This document shows positions 37,126 to 46,443 of a stretch of DNA of 64,000 bases, piece by piece. Location of the stretch: the NCBI GenBank assembly GCA_040751795.1, contig JBFMHR010000004.1:71884-135883 (forward strand), in the 5' to 3' direction. Position 1 is the first letter of the stretch. The number at the start of each line of letters is the position of its first letter. The stretch is from Thermoplasmatota archaeon. GTDB taxonomy: Archaea > Thermoplasmatota > Thermoplasmata > UBA10834. Under the pieces are notes generated by a model. The model searched no databases and had not been told where the DNA came from. It was given only the letters and a program-made list of their open reading frames with translations. Both the position numbers and the translations under genes were made by a program.

Positions 37126-37731
37126 ATGAGGATCATCCCGCACCTCTCCCTGAGGGGGAGGACAGTTCTCCGACGCGCATACCCGCGCGCGGAGTGGGAG
37201 GAGCTGATCTCCCGCATCTCGGCCGAGAACGAGATGCTATACGTCTCCGACGAGGACGGCATTGAGCGCAACAAGCCGCAGCTCGACCTCGCGAGGGAGA
37301 TCTGCGACGAGGTCCCGACGATGTACGAGGCGGGCGTGAGGCACGGGCAGAACGTCATCGACGTGATAATCGCGGGCGCGGAGAAGGCCGTCGTGGGGAC
37401 GGCGACCCTCGCGGACCTCGACGAGCTGAGGACAGCATTTAAGTTGTCCGAGAACATTATACTAAAAGCGGACTACCGGGATGGGATACTAGGTTCTGAC
37501 CCCTCGCTTGGTGGCAGAGCCTTCCTCGACCTCTCGCGGGACGTGCTGGACATAGGGATCGGCGAGATGGTCGTCCCTCTTCCACTGGCCTCGGAGGCGG
37601 CGCGGGCGAAGGAGGAGCACGGTTTCGTCCTCGGGGTGTTCGCGCCCAAGGCCGAGCAGTCCAGGATGGCGGACCTCGGCTTCGACTACATGGTAACGGA
37701 AGACCTCGGGAGCATCGACGACGATGAGTGA
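37126..37731 (+). CDS. HisA/HisF-related TIM-barrel protein of unknown function (COG1411-like)
   Basis: MRIIPHLSLRGRTV resembles the HisA N-terminal strand; conserved archaeal family; TATA-like ATATATCT about 35 bp upstream. Confidence 0.4.
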   Translation: MRIIPHLSLRGRTVLRRAYPRAEWEELISRISAENEMLYVSDEDGIERNKPQLDLAREICDEVPTMYEAGVRHGQNVIDVIIAGAEKAVVGTATLADLDELRTAFKLSENIILKADYRDGILGSDPSLGGRAFLDLSRDVLDIGIGEMVVPLPLASEAARAKEEHGFVLGVFAPKAEQSRMADLGFDYMVTEDLGSIDDDE

Positions 37732-38209
37732 ACTTCAGAAGAGCATCGCAGTCCTTTACAGGAGCAAGGGGAAGGAGGAGCTCTCCGAGAAGGAGTTCGT
37801 CTTCTCGGCGTCCATGGACCTGAGGTGGTTCTCGCCGAAGGAGGCACAGAGGCTCATGGAGGCGGGCATCTCGGGCGGGTACCTCGAGAGGAGGGACGGG
37901 AGGCTCGTCCCGACGTTCGACTTCTCCGGCGTCAGCGTCCCGGTGGACTACAGGCCCCCGAAGGAGGCCCTGGACGAGGTCTCGAGGAAGAACGCGGACC
38001 TGTTCACGGAGATCGTCGAGGCCATAGTCAAGGCGAGGTCCGTCCCCAAGCGCGAGGTCGTCTCGAGGGTGAACAGGGAGCAGGAGATGCTCGGGATAGA
38101 CATAGAGCCCGCGGCCCTGCTCGTGGCGTCCACCTACGGCATCCAGATGGACATCGACTACCTCCAGCGCGCGGAGTCCGCGGTGCTCGGAAGGGACGTC
38201 GTAAGGTGA
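37724..38209 (+). CDS. Conserved archaeal hypothetical protein (DUF2240-like)
   Basis: 161 aa; high GC3; start overlaps the upstream gene's end. Confidence 0.4.
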   Translation: MSELQKSIAVLYRSKGKEELSEKEFVFSASMDLRWFSPKEAQRLMEAGISGGYLERRDGRLVPTFDFSGVSVPVDYRPPKEALDEVSRKNADLFTEIVEAIVKARSVPKREVVSRVNREQEMLGIDIEPAALLVASTYGIQMDIDYLQRAESAVLGRDVVR

Positions 38210-38224
38210 GCCAGGCCCGTCCGG

Positions 38225-38713
38225 CTACTTCTCCATCTTGATCAGGTCCGCCAGGGTCAGCGCCCTCGGGCCCGACTCCTTGGCTGCCACGACGGCCGAG
38301 ACCTTCTCCTTGAGGACTATCCCCAGCTCCTTCTGCAGCTTCGAGATGAGCTTCTCGTCCGGCCTCATGTCCCCGGTCTCTATCTTGCTGAGCACCGTGA
38401 CCCTCTCGTTGATCCTCGCGGCGAGGTCCTTCTGCGTCATCCCCCGCCTCTGCCTCGCGTCGCGGATCCTCGCGGCGAAGTCGTCGACGAGCTCCATCGA
38501 CTCCTGCCCCGTGTAGATGTCCCGGGGCTTCGCCCTCTTCTCCCGGACCTCGAGCCTCTGAGTGATGATCGGCTTCGGGCCCTCCTCCTTGGGCTGCTCT
38601 TTCCGGGCCTCCATGCCGAATTTTGCGCATTCGGCGCATACTTCAAGATGCACGCCCTCGATGGTCACTTTCTTGCAGAAAGTGACGTCCTTCCCGCACA
38701 TCTCGCACAGCAT
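38225..38713 (-). CDS. mbf1: Archaeal multiprotein bridging factor 1 (zinc ribbon plus XRE-type HTH)
   Basis: N-terminal CEMCG...CAECAKFG zinc ribbon and C-terminal HTH (GMTQKDLAARINERVTVLSKIETG); start at the internal Met of the longer ORF, whose upstream part is low complexity. Confidence 0.75.
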   Translation of the reverse strand: MLCEMCGKDVTFCKKVTIEGVHLEVCAECAKFGMEARKEQPKEEGPKPIITQRLEVREKRAKPRDIYTGQESMELVDDFAARIRDARQRRGMTQKDLAARINERVTVLSKIETGDMRPDEKLISKLQKELGIVLKEKVSAVVAAKESGPRALTLADLIKMEK

Positions 38714-38813
38714 CAAAACCACATCGTTGGACGGAACCAGCAAAGGATAAATAGAGTATTTAACCTTATTACATTCGGAGTACTGAATAAACACTGGAAC
38801 GGGGTGCACGGAG

Positions 38814-40022
38814 TTGTCGCAGGACCAATCCGCAGAGATGTTCGAGGAGATACAGAGGAGGATCTCGGTCCTCGAGGAGAGGAACCTCGAGCTGGTCGAG
38901 GAGGCCCGCCGGTCCGAGGGCGAGAAGCGGTTCGTCGAGGGCGAGCTGATAAGGCTGCAGAAGGAGCTCAAGAGGCTCAAGGCCGAGCTCGAGAGGCTCA
39001 AAACGCCCCCGCTCATCATAGGGCAGATCAAGGACATACTCGCCGACGGCAGGGTCGTCGTCAAGAGCTCGACGGGCCCGGACTTCGTCGTCAGCACGTC
39101 CGACTACGTCTCGCCAGAGCTGCTCGTCGCGGGTGCGCGCGTGGCGCTCAACAAGCAGACCCTCGCGGTCATGGGCGTCCTGCCCCCGTCGCTGGACCCG
39201 GTCGTGGTCGGGGCGGAGATCATCACCAAGCCCGAGACCTCCTACGAGGAGATAGGCGGCCTCGAGGAGCAAATCGTCGAGATACGCGAGGCGGTAGAGG
39301 ACCCGCTGCTCAGGCCCGAGCTGTACAAGAAGGTCGGCATCGACCCGCCGAAGGGGGTCCTGCTGGTGGGCCCGCCGGGCACGGGGAAGACCCTGCTCGC
39401 CAAGGCGGTCGCCAAGCAGACCAACGCCACGTTCATCAGGTTCGTCGGCTCAGAGCTGGTGCAGAAGTACATCGGCGAGGGCGCGAGGCTCGTCAGGGAG
39501 CTCTTCGACCTCGCGAGGCAGAAGGCCCCGTCGATAGTGTTCATCGACGAGCTGGACAGCGTCGGCGCCAAGAGGCTCGAGCTCGCCACCTCCGGGGACA
39601 GGGAGGTCCAGCGCACGCTCATGCAGCTCCTGGCCGAGCTCGACGGGTTCAACCCGCTGGGCGAGGTCAAGATCATAGGCGCCACGAACAGGCCCGACAT
39701 ACTCGACGAGGCCCTGCTCAGGCCGGGCAGGTTCGACAGGATCATCGAGATACCGGTGCCGAACCACGAGGCCCGCCACGACATATTCGCGATACACAGC
39801 AAGCGCATGAACCTGGACGAGACGGTGAACTTCGAGGAGCTCGCCTCCAAGTCGGACGGGGCCACGGGGGCCGACATCAAGGCCGTGTGCACCGAGGCGG
39901 GCATGTTCGCCATCCGCGAGAACAGGGACATAGTCAGCATGGTCGACTTCGAGAAGGCCATCGCCAAGGTGCTCGACGAGGGCGTCCAGAAGGCGATGGA
40001 GTCGGGCCCGATGTTCGCCTGA
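38814..40022 (+). CDS. pan: Proteasome-activating nucleotidase (AAA+ ATPase)
   Basis: N-terminal coiled coil, Walker A GPPGTGKT, Walker B FIDELD, second region of homology; start may be the ATG at 38838. Confidence 0.95.
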   Translation: MSQDQSAEMFEEIQRRISVLEERNLELVEEARRSEGEKRFVEGELIRLQKELKRLKAELERLKTPPLIIGQIKDILADGRVVVKSSTGPDFVVSTSDYVSPELLVAGARVALNKQTLAVMGVLPPSLDPVVVGAEIITKPETSYEEIGGLEEQIVEIREAVEDPLLRPELYKKVGIDPPKGVLLVGPPGTGKTLLAKAVAKQTNATFIRFVGSELVQKYIGEGARLVRELFDLARQKAPSIVFIDELDSVGAKRLELATSGDREVQRTLMQLLAELDGFNPLGEVKIIGATNRPDILDEALLRPGRFDRIIEIPVPNHEARHDIFAIHSKRMNLDETVNFEELASKSDGATGADIKAVCTEAGMFAIRENRDIVSMVDFEKAIAKVLDEGVQKAMESGPMFA

Positions 40023-40047
40023 GGGCAGGCGGGGACCGGGTGCGGGC

Positions 40048-40266
40048 TCACCCGCCCGCGCCCTCCTCCAGGTCCTTCTCGACCACGAAGGCGCCTATGT
40101 AGCCGCACTTCTTGCAGTGGTACTTGTACCCCGTGATGAGCGCGGCCTCGTAGTAGAGGTCGGCCGAGCCGCACTGGGGGCACGTGAGGACCCGCCTAGG
40201 CCCCATCTTCCTCCGGCGCCGCGAGAACATAGATATCGTCCAGCGCCATTCACCGTCCTGCGCCAT
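40048..40266 (-). CDS. Small zinc-ribbon protein (hypothetical)
   Basis: CPQCG...CKKCG pairs; the true start is probably an internal Met. Confidence 0.4.
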   Translation of the reverse strand: MAQDGEWRWTISMFSRRRRKMGPRRVLTCPQCGSADLYYEAALITGYKYHCKKCGYIGAFVVEKDLEEGAGG

Positions 40267-40271
40267 ACTAA

Positions 40272-41717
40272 ATGGCTTCGGTGATCTCCATGGCAGCGCG
40301 GTTCGAACCCTTCTCCAGCGACGATATCGAGAGGATGCACGACGCGACCGTGAGGGTGCTCGAGAGGACGGGTGTGAAGGTCCTCGCGGACGAGGCGGTG
40401 AGCCTCCTCACAGGGGCGGGGGCCAGCTATGACAAGGCCGCCCGCGTCGCGAGGATCCCGGAGCGCGTGCTCATGGGGAGCATCTCCGCGGCGCCGTCGA
40501 GTTTCAGGCTGCACTCCAGGGACGGGAAGCACGCCATCTCGTTCGGCGAGGGCAAGGTCCACCTGAGCAGCATGGGCACCGCGGTGAATGTGGAGGGGCT
40601 CGACGGCGTCGTGAGGCCCTCGACGGCGAAGGACCTCGTGGACTTCCTGAGGCTGACCGACGCGCTGCCGAACATCGACCACTCGTCGTGGACGTGCTGG
40701 CCCAGGGACGTCCCCGAGCGCATCGCACCCCTCGAGGCGATTCGCCTCTCGTTCCTCCACTCCAACAAGACCGTCGACGGCTGGAACTGGGGAAGGGGGG
40801 CTACCGAGGAGTCCGTCGAGCTGGCCGCCATCGTCGCGGGGGGGAGGGAGGCGCTCGCCGAGAGGCCCCTCATGCTGGGCTTCGCGAACCCGGTCAGCCC
40901 GCTCACTCTCTCCAAGGAGTCGACGGAGGGCCTCATATCGTACGCGAGGGCGGGACAGCCGTGCGTCTACCCGCCCGAGTGCATGGCCGGGGGGACCTCC
41001 CCTGCGACCATCGCTGGCCTGCTCGTGCAGCAGAACGCGGAGGTCCTCGCCTCCATCATGGTCGCCCAGCTGGCGAGCCCGGGCGCCCCCTCCATTTACA
41101 GCAGCGTCTCCGGGACGATGGACATGCGCACCGGTTCGATCGCCCTCGGGGGTCCCGAGATAGGCCTGATAATGGCCGGGACCGCCCAGCTCGCGAGGCG
41201 CTACAAGGTGCCGTGCCGGGGGACCGGCGGGAACACGGAGTCGATGCTCCCCGACTACCAGGCCGGGGCCGAGACCGCCAACACCCTCCTCATGGCGGCG
41301 CTCAGCGGGATCGACTTCGTCTACGACGCCGCGGGCAGCATCGAGTCCAGCCTCACCGCGAGCTTCACGAAGCTGGTCCTCGACGACGCCGTGTGCGGGG
41401 GCGTCAGGAGGATACTGTCAGGGGTGGAGGTCGACGAGGAGTCCCTGGCCGTCGAGGTCATCGAGTCCGCGGGGCCGAAGGGCGCCTTCCTGAGCCACCC
41501 CCACACCCTGAGGCACTTCAGGGGCGAGGCGTACGTGCCGCCCCTGTTCTGGCGCGGCTCGCGGTCCGCCTGGACCGACAGGGACATAGTCGAGAAGGCG
41601 CGGCGCAGGGCGAGGGAGATACTGGCCGGGCACGAGGTCGCCGTCCCGCTCGACCCAGACGTCGACCGCAGGATGGTCGAGTACATCAAGTCGGTCTCGA
41701 AGAGGCCGCGGTCCTGA
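40272..41717 (+). CDS. MttB-superfamily methyltransferase (trimethylamine / glycine-betaine:corrinoid methyltransferase family), non-pyrrolysine member
   Basis: 481 aa with the MttB-family (COG5598) N-terminal pattern and length; single uninterrupted ORF, so no in-frame UAG. Confidence 0.7.
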   Translation: MASVISMAARFEPFSSDDIERMHDATVRVLERTGVKVLADEAVSLLTGAGASYDKAARVARIPERVLMGSISAAPSSFRLHSRDGKHAISFGEGKVHLSSMGTAVNVEGLDGVVRPSTAKDLVDFLRLTDALPNIDHSSWTCWPRDVPERIAPLEAIRLSFLHSNKTVDGWNWGRGATEESVELAAIVAGGREALAERPLMLGFANPVSPLTLSKESTEGLISYARAGQPCVYPPECMAGGTSPATIAGLLVQQNAEVLASIMVAQLASPGAPSIYSSVSGTMDMRTGSIALGGPEIGLIMAGTAQLARRYKVPCRGTGGNTESMLPDYQAGAETANTLLMAALSGIDFVYDAAGSIESSLTASFTKLVLDDAVCGGVRRILSGVEVDEESLAVEVIESAGPKGAFLSHPHTLRHFRGEAYVPPLFWRGSRSAWTDRDIVEKARRRAREILAGHEVAVPLDPDVDRRMVEYIKSVSKRPRS

Positions 41718-41720
41718 GCG

Positions 41721-43001
41721 TCAGTACTGGCTCATCTCGGCCTTCATGAACTCCCTCAGGAGGCAGGTGGCGTAGCAGCCCTTGTTGAGCGAGAACCTGA
41801 ACACGGCGTGGCCCTCGCCGAAGTCGACCTCCAGGTCCCTGTAGGGCGCCAGGAGCTCCCTCCTGGTGCCCTTCGACGAGGCCTCCCCCAGGCCGACGAT
41901 CTGGAAGTCCGTCTTGGATATGCCCTCGCGCGCGACGACCCCCCTCTCTATCTCCCCCATCGGCCCGTCCGCGAAGGCCGACTCGGTGCCGTAGAGGAGG
42001 CCGCTCACGAAGGCCTTCCCCTCCCTGGCGTTCCTCCTGGCCTTCTCGAGGTTGTCGGCCGTGACCGGGATCGGGGAGTCGTGGTCCGGCAGGCGGTTCT
42101 TGTCGAGAGGGAGCACGAGGTCGCCGACCTCCGGGTCCCTCAGGGACATGCCCCTCCTGACCCTCTCGCTCAGCATCTGGTTGAACAGGTAGGACTGGTA
42201 GGCGTGGACGAACATCATCAGGAGGTTCTGCGGCAGCGTCTTCAGGGCCCCGAGGTAGTCGCCCGGCCTCTCCACGAGGTGCCTGATCAGCGTCCTCTCA
42301 AAGGTCAGCTTCATCGGGAACTCCCTGAGGGCGGCCTCGAAGTCCCGCGATCCCTGGAGGCGCCTCCTGGCCTCGGTGACCTCCGAGTCCTCCATGAGCG
42401 GGTTGGCCACGTACCTCATGACCGCGCCCTCGAAGTCCCCCCTGGTGAGGTCCTTCCCTATCAGGTGGGTTATGGGCCTCACGGAGCCGAAGCGCTGGAC
42501 CCCGAAGTAGTTCGGGAACCCGCCCACGGCGTCCAGCGCCCGCCTGACCCTCTCGCAGGAGTCCCTGGCGTCGACGGCCGGGTCGGTGTCGGAGACCTTG
42601 ATGGTGAACCTGTTGCCGATGAGGTCCCCGATCTCTATCATCCTCCGGGCCCTGTAGGCGTCCGTGACCCTCACGTCGGGTATCGTGAGCCCCTGGACGG
42701 CCTCCAGCGGGGCGTTGAACGACATCAGCTGGGTGGCGACCGCCCTCCCGTCCTTGGTCCCCGCGAAGCCTATGCGCGACCTGCCGACGTGGAGGTTCGA
42801 GGCGAGCCTCCTCACCAGCCTGTTGGCCTCCCAGTTCCTGTGCCAGACCCTGGCCACGACGAACCTGCCGTCCGCCGACTCCGGGGGCATGACGGATATC
42901 TCGTCGACGACGAAGTCCTCGGGGGCCTTCTTGAGCTTCCCCCCGATGCCTGGGACCCCCTCGGTGAGGAACAGCTCCATGCCGAGGTCGCTCTCGTCCA
43001 T
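41721..43001 (-). CDS. truD: tRNA pseudouridine(13) synthase TruD
   Basis: PEDFVVDEI and FAGTKDGRAVATQ catalytic-Asp motif; start at MDESDLG (ATG confirmed at 42999..43001); the upstream 211 codons of the listed ORF are R-rich artefact. Confidence 0.8.
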   Translation of the reverse strand: MDESDLGMELFLTEGVPGIGGKLKKAPEDFVVDEISVMPPESADGRFVVARVWHRNWEANRLVRRLASNLHVGRSRIGFAGTKDGRAVATQLMSFNAPLEAVQGLTIPDVRVTDAYRARRMIEIGDLIGNRFTIKVSDTDPAVDARDSCERVRRALDAVGGFPNYFGVQRFGSVRPITHLIGKDLTRGDFEGAVMRYVANPLMEDSEVTEARRRLQGSRDFEAALREFPMKLTFERTLIRHLVERPGDYLGALKTLPQNLLMMFVHAYQSYLFNQMLSERVRRGMSLRDPEVGDLVLPLDKNRLPDHDSPIPVTADNLEKARRNAREGKAFVSGLLYGTESAFADGPMGEIERGVVAREGISKTDFQIVGLGEASSKGTRRELLAPYRDLEVDFGEGHAVFRFSLNKGCYATCLLREFMKAEMSQY

Positions 43002-43039
43002 AGGGGTGTGAAGGGGTTGCGGGATAAAAGAATCGGGGC

Positions 43040-43315
43040 TCAGCCCAGCTGTTTCTCTATCAGCTGCCTCGCCTCGACGTACTGGTTCACCAGGGACTTG
43101 GCCGCCTTCTTCAGGGCCGCCTGCGGCTTCCCGTCGTTCACCCTGACGAGCAGGACCGGCTTGTCCAGCTGCGGGTGCCCGGTGGTGTACCTCGCGTCGG
43201 CGACGTTCTTGTCCTGGAGCAGCTCGTGTATCAGAGGGTAGATCAGGGTCTCGTCCGCGTCGAGGATCTCGACCTTGATGCTGTCCTTCTTCTTGTCTAC
43301 CAGCTTGAACTCCAT
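43040..43315 (-). CDS. rpoL: DNA-directed RNA polymerase subunit L (Rpb11)
   Basis: Roughly 90-aa product MEFKLVDKKKDSIKVEILDADETLIYPL... typical of RpoL. Confidence 0.7.
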   Translation of the reverse strand: MEFKLVDKKKDSIKVEILDADETLIYPLIHELLQDKNVADARYTTGHPQLDKPVLLVRVNDGKPQAALKKAAKSLVNQYVEARQLIEKQLG

Positions 43316-43408
43316 GGTTACCGGTTTCACTCGTATGGGTAGGTGGTTCATAAAGCTTACTGAGGCCCCGGAGGGCCTCCCGGCACGGTCCAGCGACGCG
43401 CTGGCCCC

Positions 43409-43648
43409 TCACTTCGCCTTCTTCCGCTTCGCCCCGCCCTTGGCCCTCTTCCCGCCCTTCGCCTTGGCGGGCTTGGCCCTCATGAAGTCCTCGGGCCTCG
43501 CTGGGGCGGCTATGACGACCTGCCTGTTCCTGGGGTACATCGTCCCGCACATCCTGCAGACGTCGACCTCGCACCACCGGGCGTCGGATGTCGCTATCAG
43601 CTTGATTATGCACGCGCCTCTGCACACGGGGCACTCTTGCGTTGCCAT
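43409..43648 (-). CDS. Zinc-ribbon protein with lysine-rich C-terminal tail (hypothetical nucleic-acid-binding)
   Basis: CPVCRG...CRMCG; KAKGGKRAKGGAKRKKAK tail. Confidence 0.45.
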   Translation of the reverse strand: MATQECPVCRGACIIKLIATSDARWCEVDVCRMCGTMYPRNRQVVIAAPARPEDFMRAKPAKAKGGKRAKGGAKRKKAK

Positions 43649-43650
43649 TC

Positions 43651-45960
43651 TCAGCCCTCCTCGAACTTCCTGCGCATCGTGGTATGAATCCCTTCGGCGA
43701 TAACCTTTCCGATGCCCTCGACCCCCATCAGCTCATCGACGGAGGCGTCGGCGACCCCCTTGACGCTCCCGAAGCGCCTCAGGAGCCTCTCCGCGAGCGT
43801 GGCGGAGACGTTGGGTAGCCCCTGCACCAGGAACATCTGCCTGCCCGCGTGGTCCAGGGTGGTCTGGGTCCCCCTCCCGGCCCTCCCCCTGGCCTCCTCC
43901 TGGCTGTGCATCGAGGCGACGGCCGAGGCGGTCTGGGCCGCGTCGTTCGTCGAGAGGACCGTCATCCTGAACTCGGAGAGGAGCGAGCTCAGGTAGTCGT
44001 ACACGGCGGAGTTGCCCTCCTGGGAGCCCCTCCCCTCGGCCTCCCCCTGCACTATGAGCACGGGGTGGATGTAGGCCTGCCTGAGCTTCGCGAGCGCGGC
44101 CATCATCGACCCGTCGTTCACGTCGGAGATGAAACCCTCCACGGTCCTGAAGGCGACCGCGACCCTCCCGGAGACCACGATGTCCGCCGCCTCGAGTTCC
44201 TCCTCGCGGGGGGCGAACCCCTCCGCGGCGAGCGCCCCGGCCAGCCCCGAGCGGGCCACCCTGCCCGACACGGCGAGCGCGGCACCACCCTTGAACTCCC
44301 CCAGGGACTTCTGCCCCCTCTGCTCCGCGGTCTTCTGCGCCAGCTCCTCGCGCGCGTTCGGCGCCTCCGGGGTGAGCATGTCCTCGAGCTGCACCCTCGT
44401 GAGGGCCTCCTTGCGCCGCGGCTCCTCGGGGAGCCCCCTCCGGGCGCGCAGCTTCCTCTTGAGGGCGTCGAGCTCCCTGCGCATCTGCATCTCCTTCTTC
44501 CTGCTCGACCAGAAGTACGCCTCGTCCTTGGTGTCCCTGGTCACGAACATGACCACGCGCCCGGCCTGCCTCCTGCCGGTCCTCCCCCTCCTCTGGATGG
44601 TCCTGATCTCGGACGGGACGGGCTCGTAGAAGACGACAAGGTCGGTGGTCGGGATGTCGAGCCCCTCCTCGGCGATGGAGGTCGCGACGAGCACGTTGTG
44701 CTCACCCGCCCTGAACCTGTCTATGATCTCCTTCTGCTCCCTCTGGTTGAGTCCGACGTCCTCGCCCCTGCTGGACTGGCCGACGAACCTGACGGGCCTC
44801 AGTCCTTCGACCGACGCCAGCTTCTGGGTCAGGAGGTCGCACGTGTCGCGGTAGTGGGTGAAGACGATTGCCCTCGAGTCCGGCTTGGTGGCGAACTGCC
44901 CCTTCAGTATCGGGACGATCTTCTCGAGCTTCGGGTGCTCCCTCTGCTGGCCGTAGAGGAGGGTGCGGGCCTGCTGGAACCTCGCGTCCTTCACCAGGTC
45001 CCGCGAAGCCTTCGGCCCCCCCTTCTCCTGGCCCTGCTTGACGAGCTTGTCGAAGTACCCTTCCAGGGCCCCCTTGCCCTGGGTCTGGGCGAGCTCGATC
45101 CCGTGGTTGATCTTCATCGCGAGCGAGTTGGCGCTCGCGGTCTGGAATAGGTGGAAGTTCTTGGTGCCAGCGTCCAGCTTGGCCCTGATGACCCTGCCCG
45201 CCTCGAGCAGGTCGCGGGTGGTCGGCGGTTTCTTGGGGTCCAGGTACCCCTGCGCCCTGAGCTTCGCGACCTGGTCGTCCAGGATGCGCTGGAGGAGGTA
45301 GATCACGCGCCCCATCTCCTCCGGCATGGAGACGCCGATGAACTCCGTCTTCACGTCCTGGGTGTACTTCACGACGTCCTCGTCGAGCTCGGACCTGATC
45401 TCGACGTTGGTCATCCCGAGGTTCTCGCACACCTCGGCGATCTTGGAGACGTCGGACCCGGGCGACGCCGTCATGCCGAGGGCCAGCCCGCCGGATTCGG
45501 AGAAGCGCTTCCCGATGGACACGTACGCGTAGTCGCCGACGGCCCTGTGTGCCTCGTCGAAGACTATCAGGGAGACGCCCTTGAGGGAGATCCTCCCCTC
45601 CGCGAGGTCGTTCTCTATGACCTGCGGGGTCGAGACGACGACCCTGCCGGAGCCCCAGAGGTCCTCCCTCTTCGATGGGCTGACCTCCCCGGTGAACATG
45701 ACCGGCTCGTGCCCGAGGAGGTGCTCCCTGAGGAACTTGGAGTGCTGCTCCACGAGGGGCTTCGTGGGAGCCATGAGAAGGACCTTGCCGTCCGTCTTGG
45801 CCAGGGTCTCCGCGATGACGATTAGCGCCACCACGGTCTTGCCCATGCCCGTCGGGAGCACCACCAGGGTGGACTCGGTGAGCGCGGCCCTGGCGATGTT
45901 GACCTGGTAGTCCCTCTCCTCGACGCTGCCTGGCCTTATGAGCTGATGCTCCACCGACAC
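43651..45960 (-). CDS. hef: Hef-like helicase/ERCC4-nuclease-domain protein (FANCM/XPF family) with C-terminal HhH2
   Basis: DEAD/DEAH helicase motifs (LPTGMGKT, DEAH), ERCC4-like domain and (HhH)2; the nuclease ERK catalytic motif appears substituted (see findings). Confidence 0.85.
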   Translation of the reverse strand: MSVEHQLIRPGSVEERDYQVNIARAALTESTLVVLPTGMGKTVVALIVIAETLAKTDGKVLLMAPTKPLVEQHSKFLREHLLGHEPVMFTGEVSPSKREDLWGSGRVVVSTPQVIENDLAEGRISLKGVSLIVFDEAHRAVGDYAYVSIGKRFSESGGLALGMTASPGSDVSKIAEVCENLGMTNVEIRSELDEDVVKYTQDVKTEFIGVSMPEEMGRVIYLLQRILDDQVAKLRAQGYLDPKKPPTTRDLLEAGRVIRAKLDAGTKNFHLFQTASANSLAMKINHGIELAQTQGKGALEGYFDKLVKQGQEKGGPKASRDLVKDARFQQARTLLYGQQREHPKLEKIVPILKGQFATKPDSRAIVFTHYRDTCDLLTQKLASVEGLRPVRFVGQSSRGEDVGLNQREQKEIIDRFRAGEHNVLVATSIAEEGLDIPTTDLVVFYEPVPSEIRTIQRRGRTGRRQAGRVVMFVTRDTKDEAYFWSSRKKEMQMRRELDALKRKLRARRGLPEEPRRKEALTRVQLEDMLTPEAPNAREELAQKTAEQRGQKSLGEFKGGAALAVSGRVARSGLAGALAAEGFAPREEELEAADIVVSGRVAVAFRTVEGFISDVNDGSMMAALAKLRQAYIHPVLIVQGEAEGRGSQEGNSAVYDYLSSLLSEFRMTVLSTNDAAQTASAVASMHSQEEARGRAGRGTQTTLDHAGRQMFLVQGLPNVSATLAERLLRRFGSVKGVADASVDELMGVEGIGKVIAEGIHTTMRRKFEEG

Positions 45961-46023
45961 AGGCCTTCGAGAACGCCACGTGGGTATGAATGTTTCCCAT
46001 CAGGTGGCACGAATGTAGTGCGC

Positions 46024-46341
46024 CTAGTGGCAGCCCGCGCAGCTGCCGCCGCACGAGGAGCCCGATGACTTGACCTTCACGACGACGCCGGGCCCCTGCG
46101 GGGTGTCCACGGAGTCGATGACGGCCTCCTTGAGCTCGTCCTCGAGCGTCTTCTCGTAGATTAGCGTGAAGCCGTCGACCTTGACCTCGACGTCGCTGTC
46201 CTTCTTCTTGTCGAAGCCCATCATGTAGGCCGGGCCGGAGCAGGAGAACCCTGCGAAGAATATCCTGATCGGCTCGTTCTTCTTCTCGTCGGTGAGTATG
46301 GCGTTTATCGTCTTGGTCGCCTTCGGCGTGACTGTGACCAT
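46024..46341 (-). CDS. HesB/IscA-family Fe-S cluster insertion protein-like
   Basis: IRIFFAGFSCSGPAY and DSDVEVKVDGFTLIYEKTLEDELKEAVID match the IscA fold pattern; divergent Cys-rich C-terminus CGGSCAGCH. Confidence 0.55.
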   Translation of the reverse strand: MVTVTPKATKTINAILTDEKKNEPIRIFFAGFSCSGPAYMMGFDKKKDSDVEVKVDGFTLIYEKTLEDELKEAVIDSVDTPQGPGVVVKVKSSGSSCGGSCAGCH

Positions 46342-46443
46342 GCGTGTAGCCTCGTGTCGAGCTAGGCCGCACCTGATATAATTGCTTTTTGCCAGCCGCG
46401 GCTGGGGCCTTAAGCGGACGTCCTGGCCTTATATACGGTCAGC

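Noticed and set aside
41721-43634. Full 637-aa extent of the truD ORF
   Set aside because: The N-terminal 211 codons are Arg/Gln/Gly-rich and low GC3-consistent noise. The TruD homology and an ATG begin at 43001.
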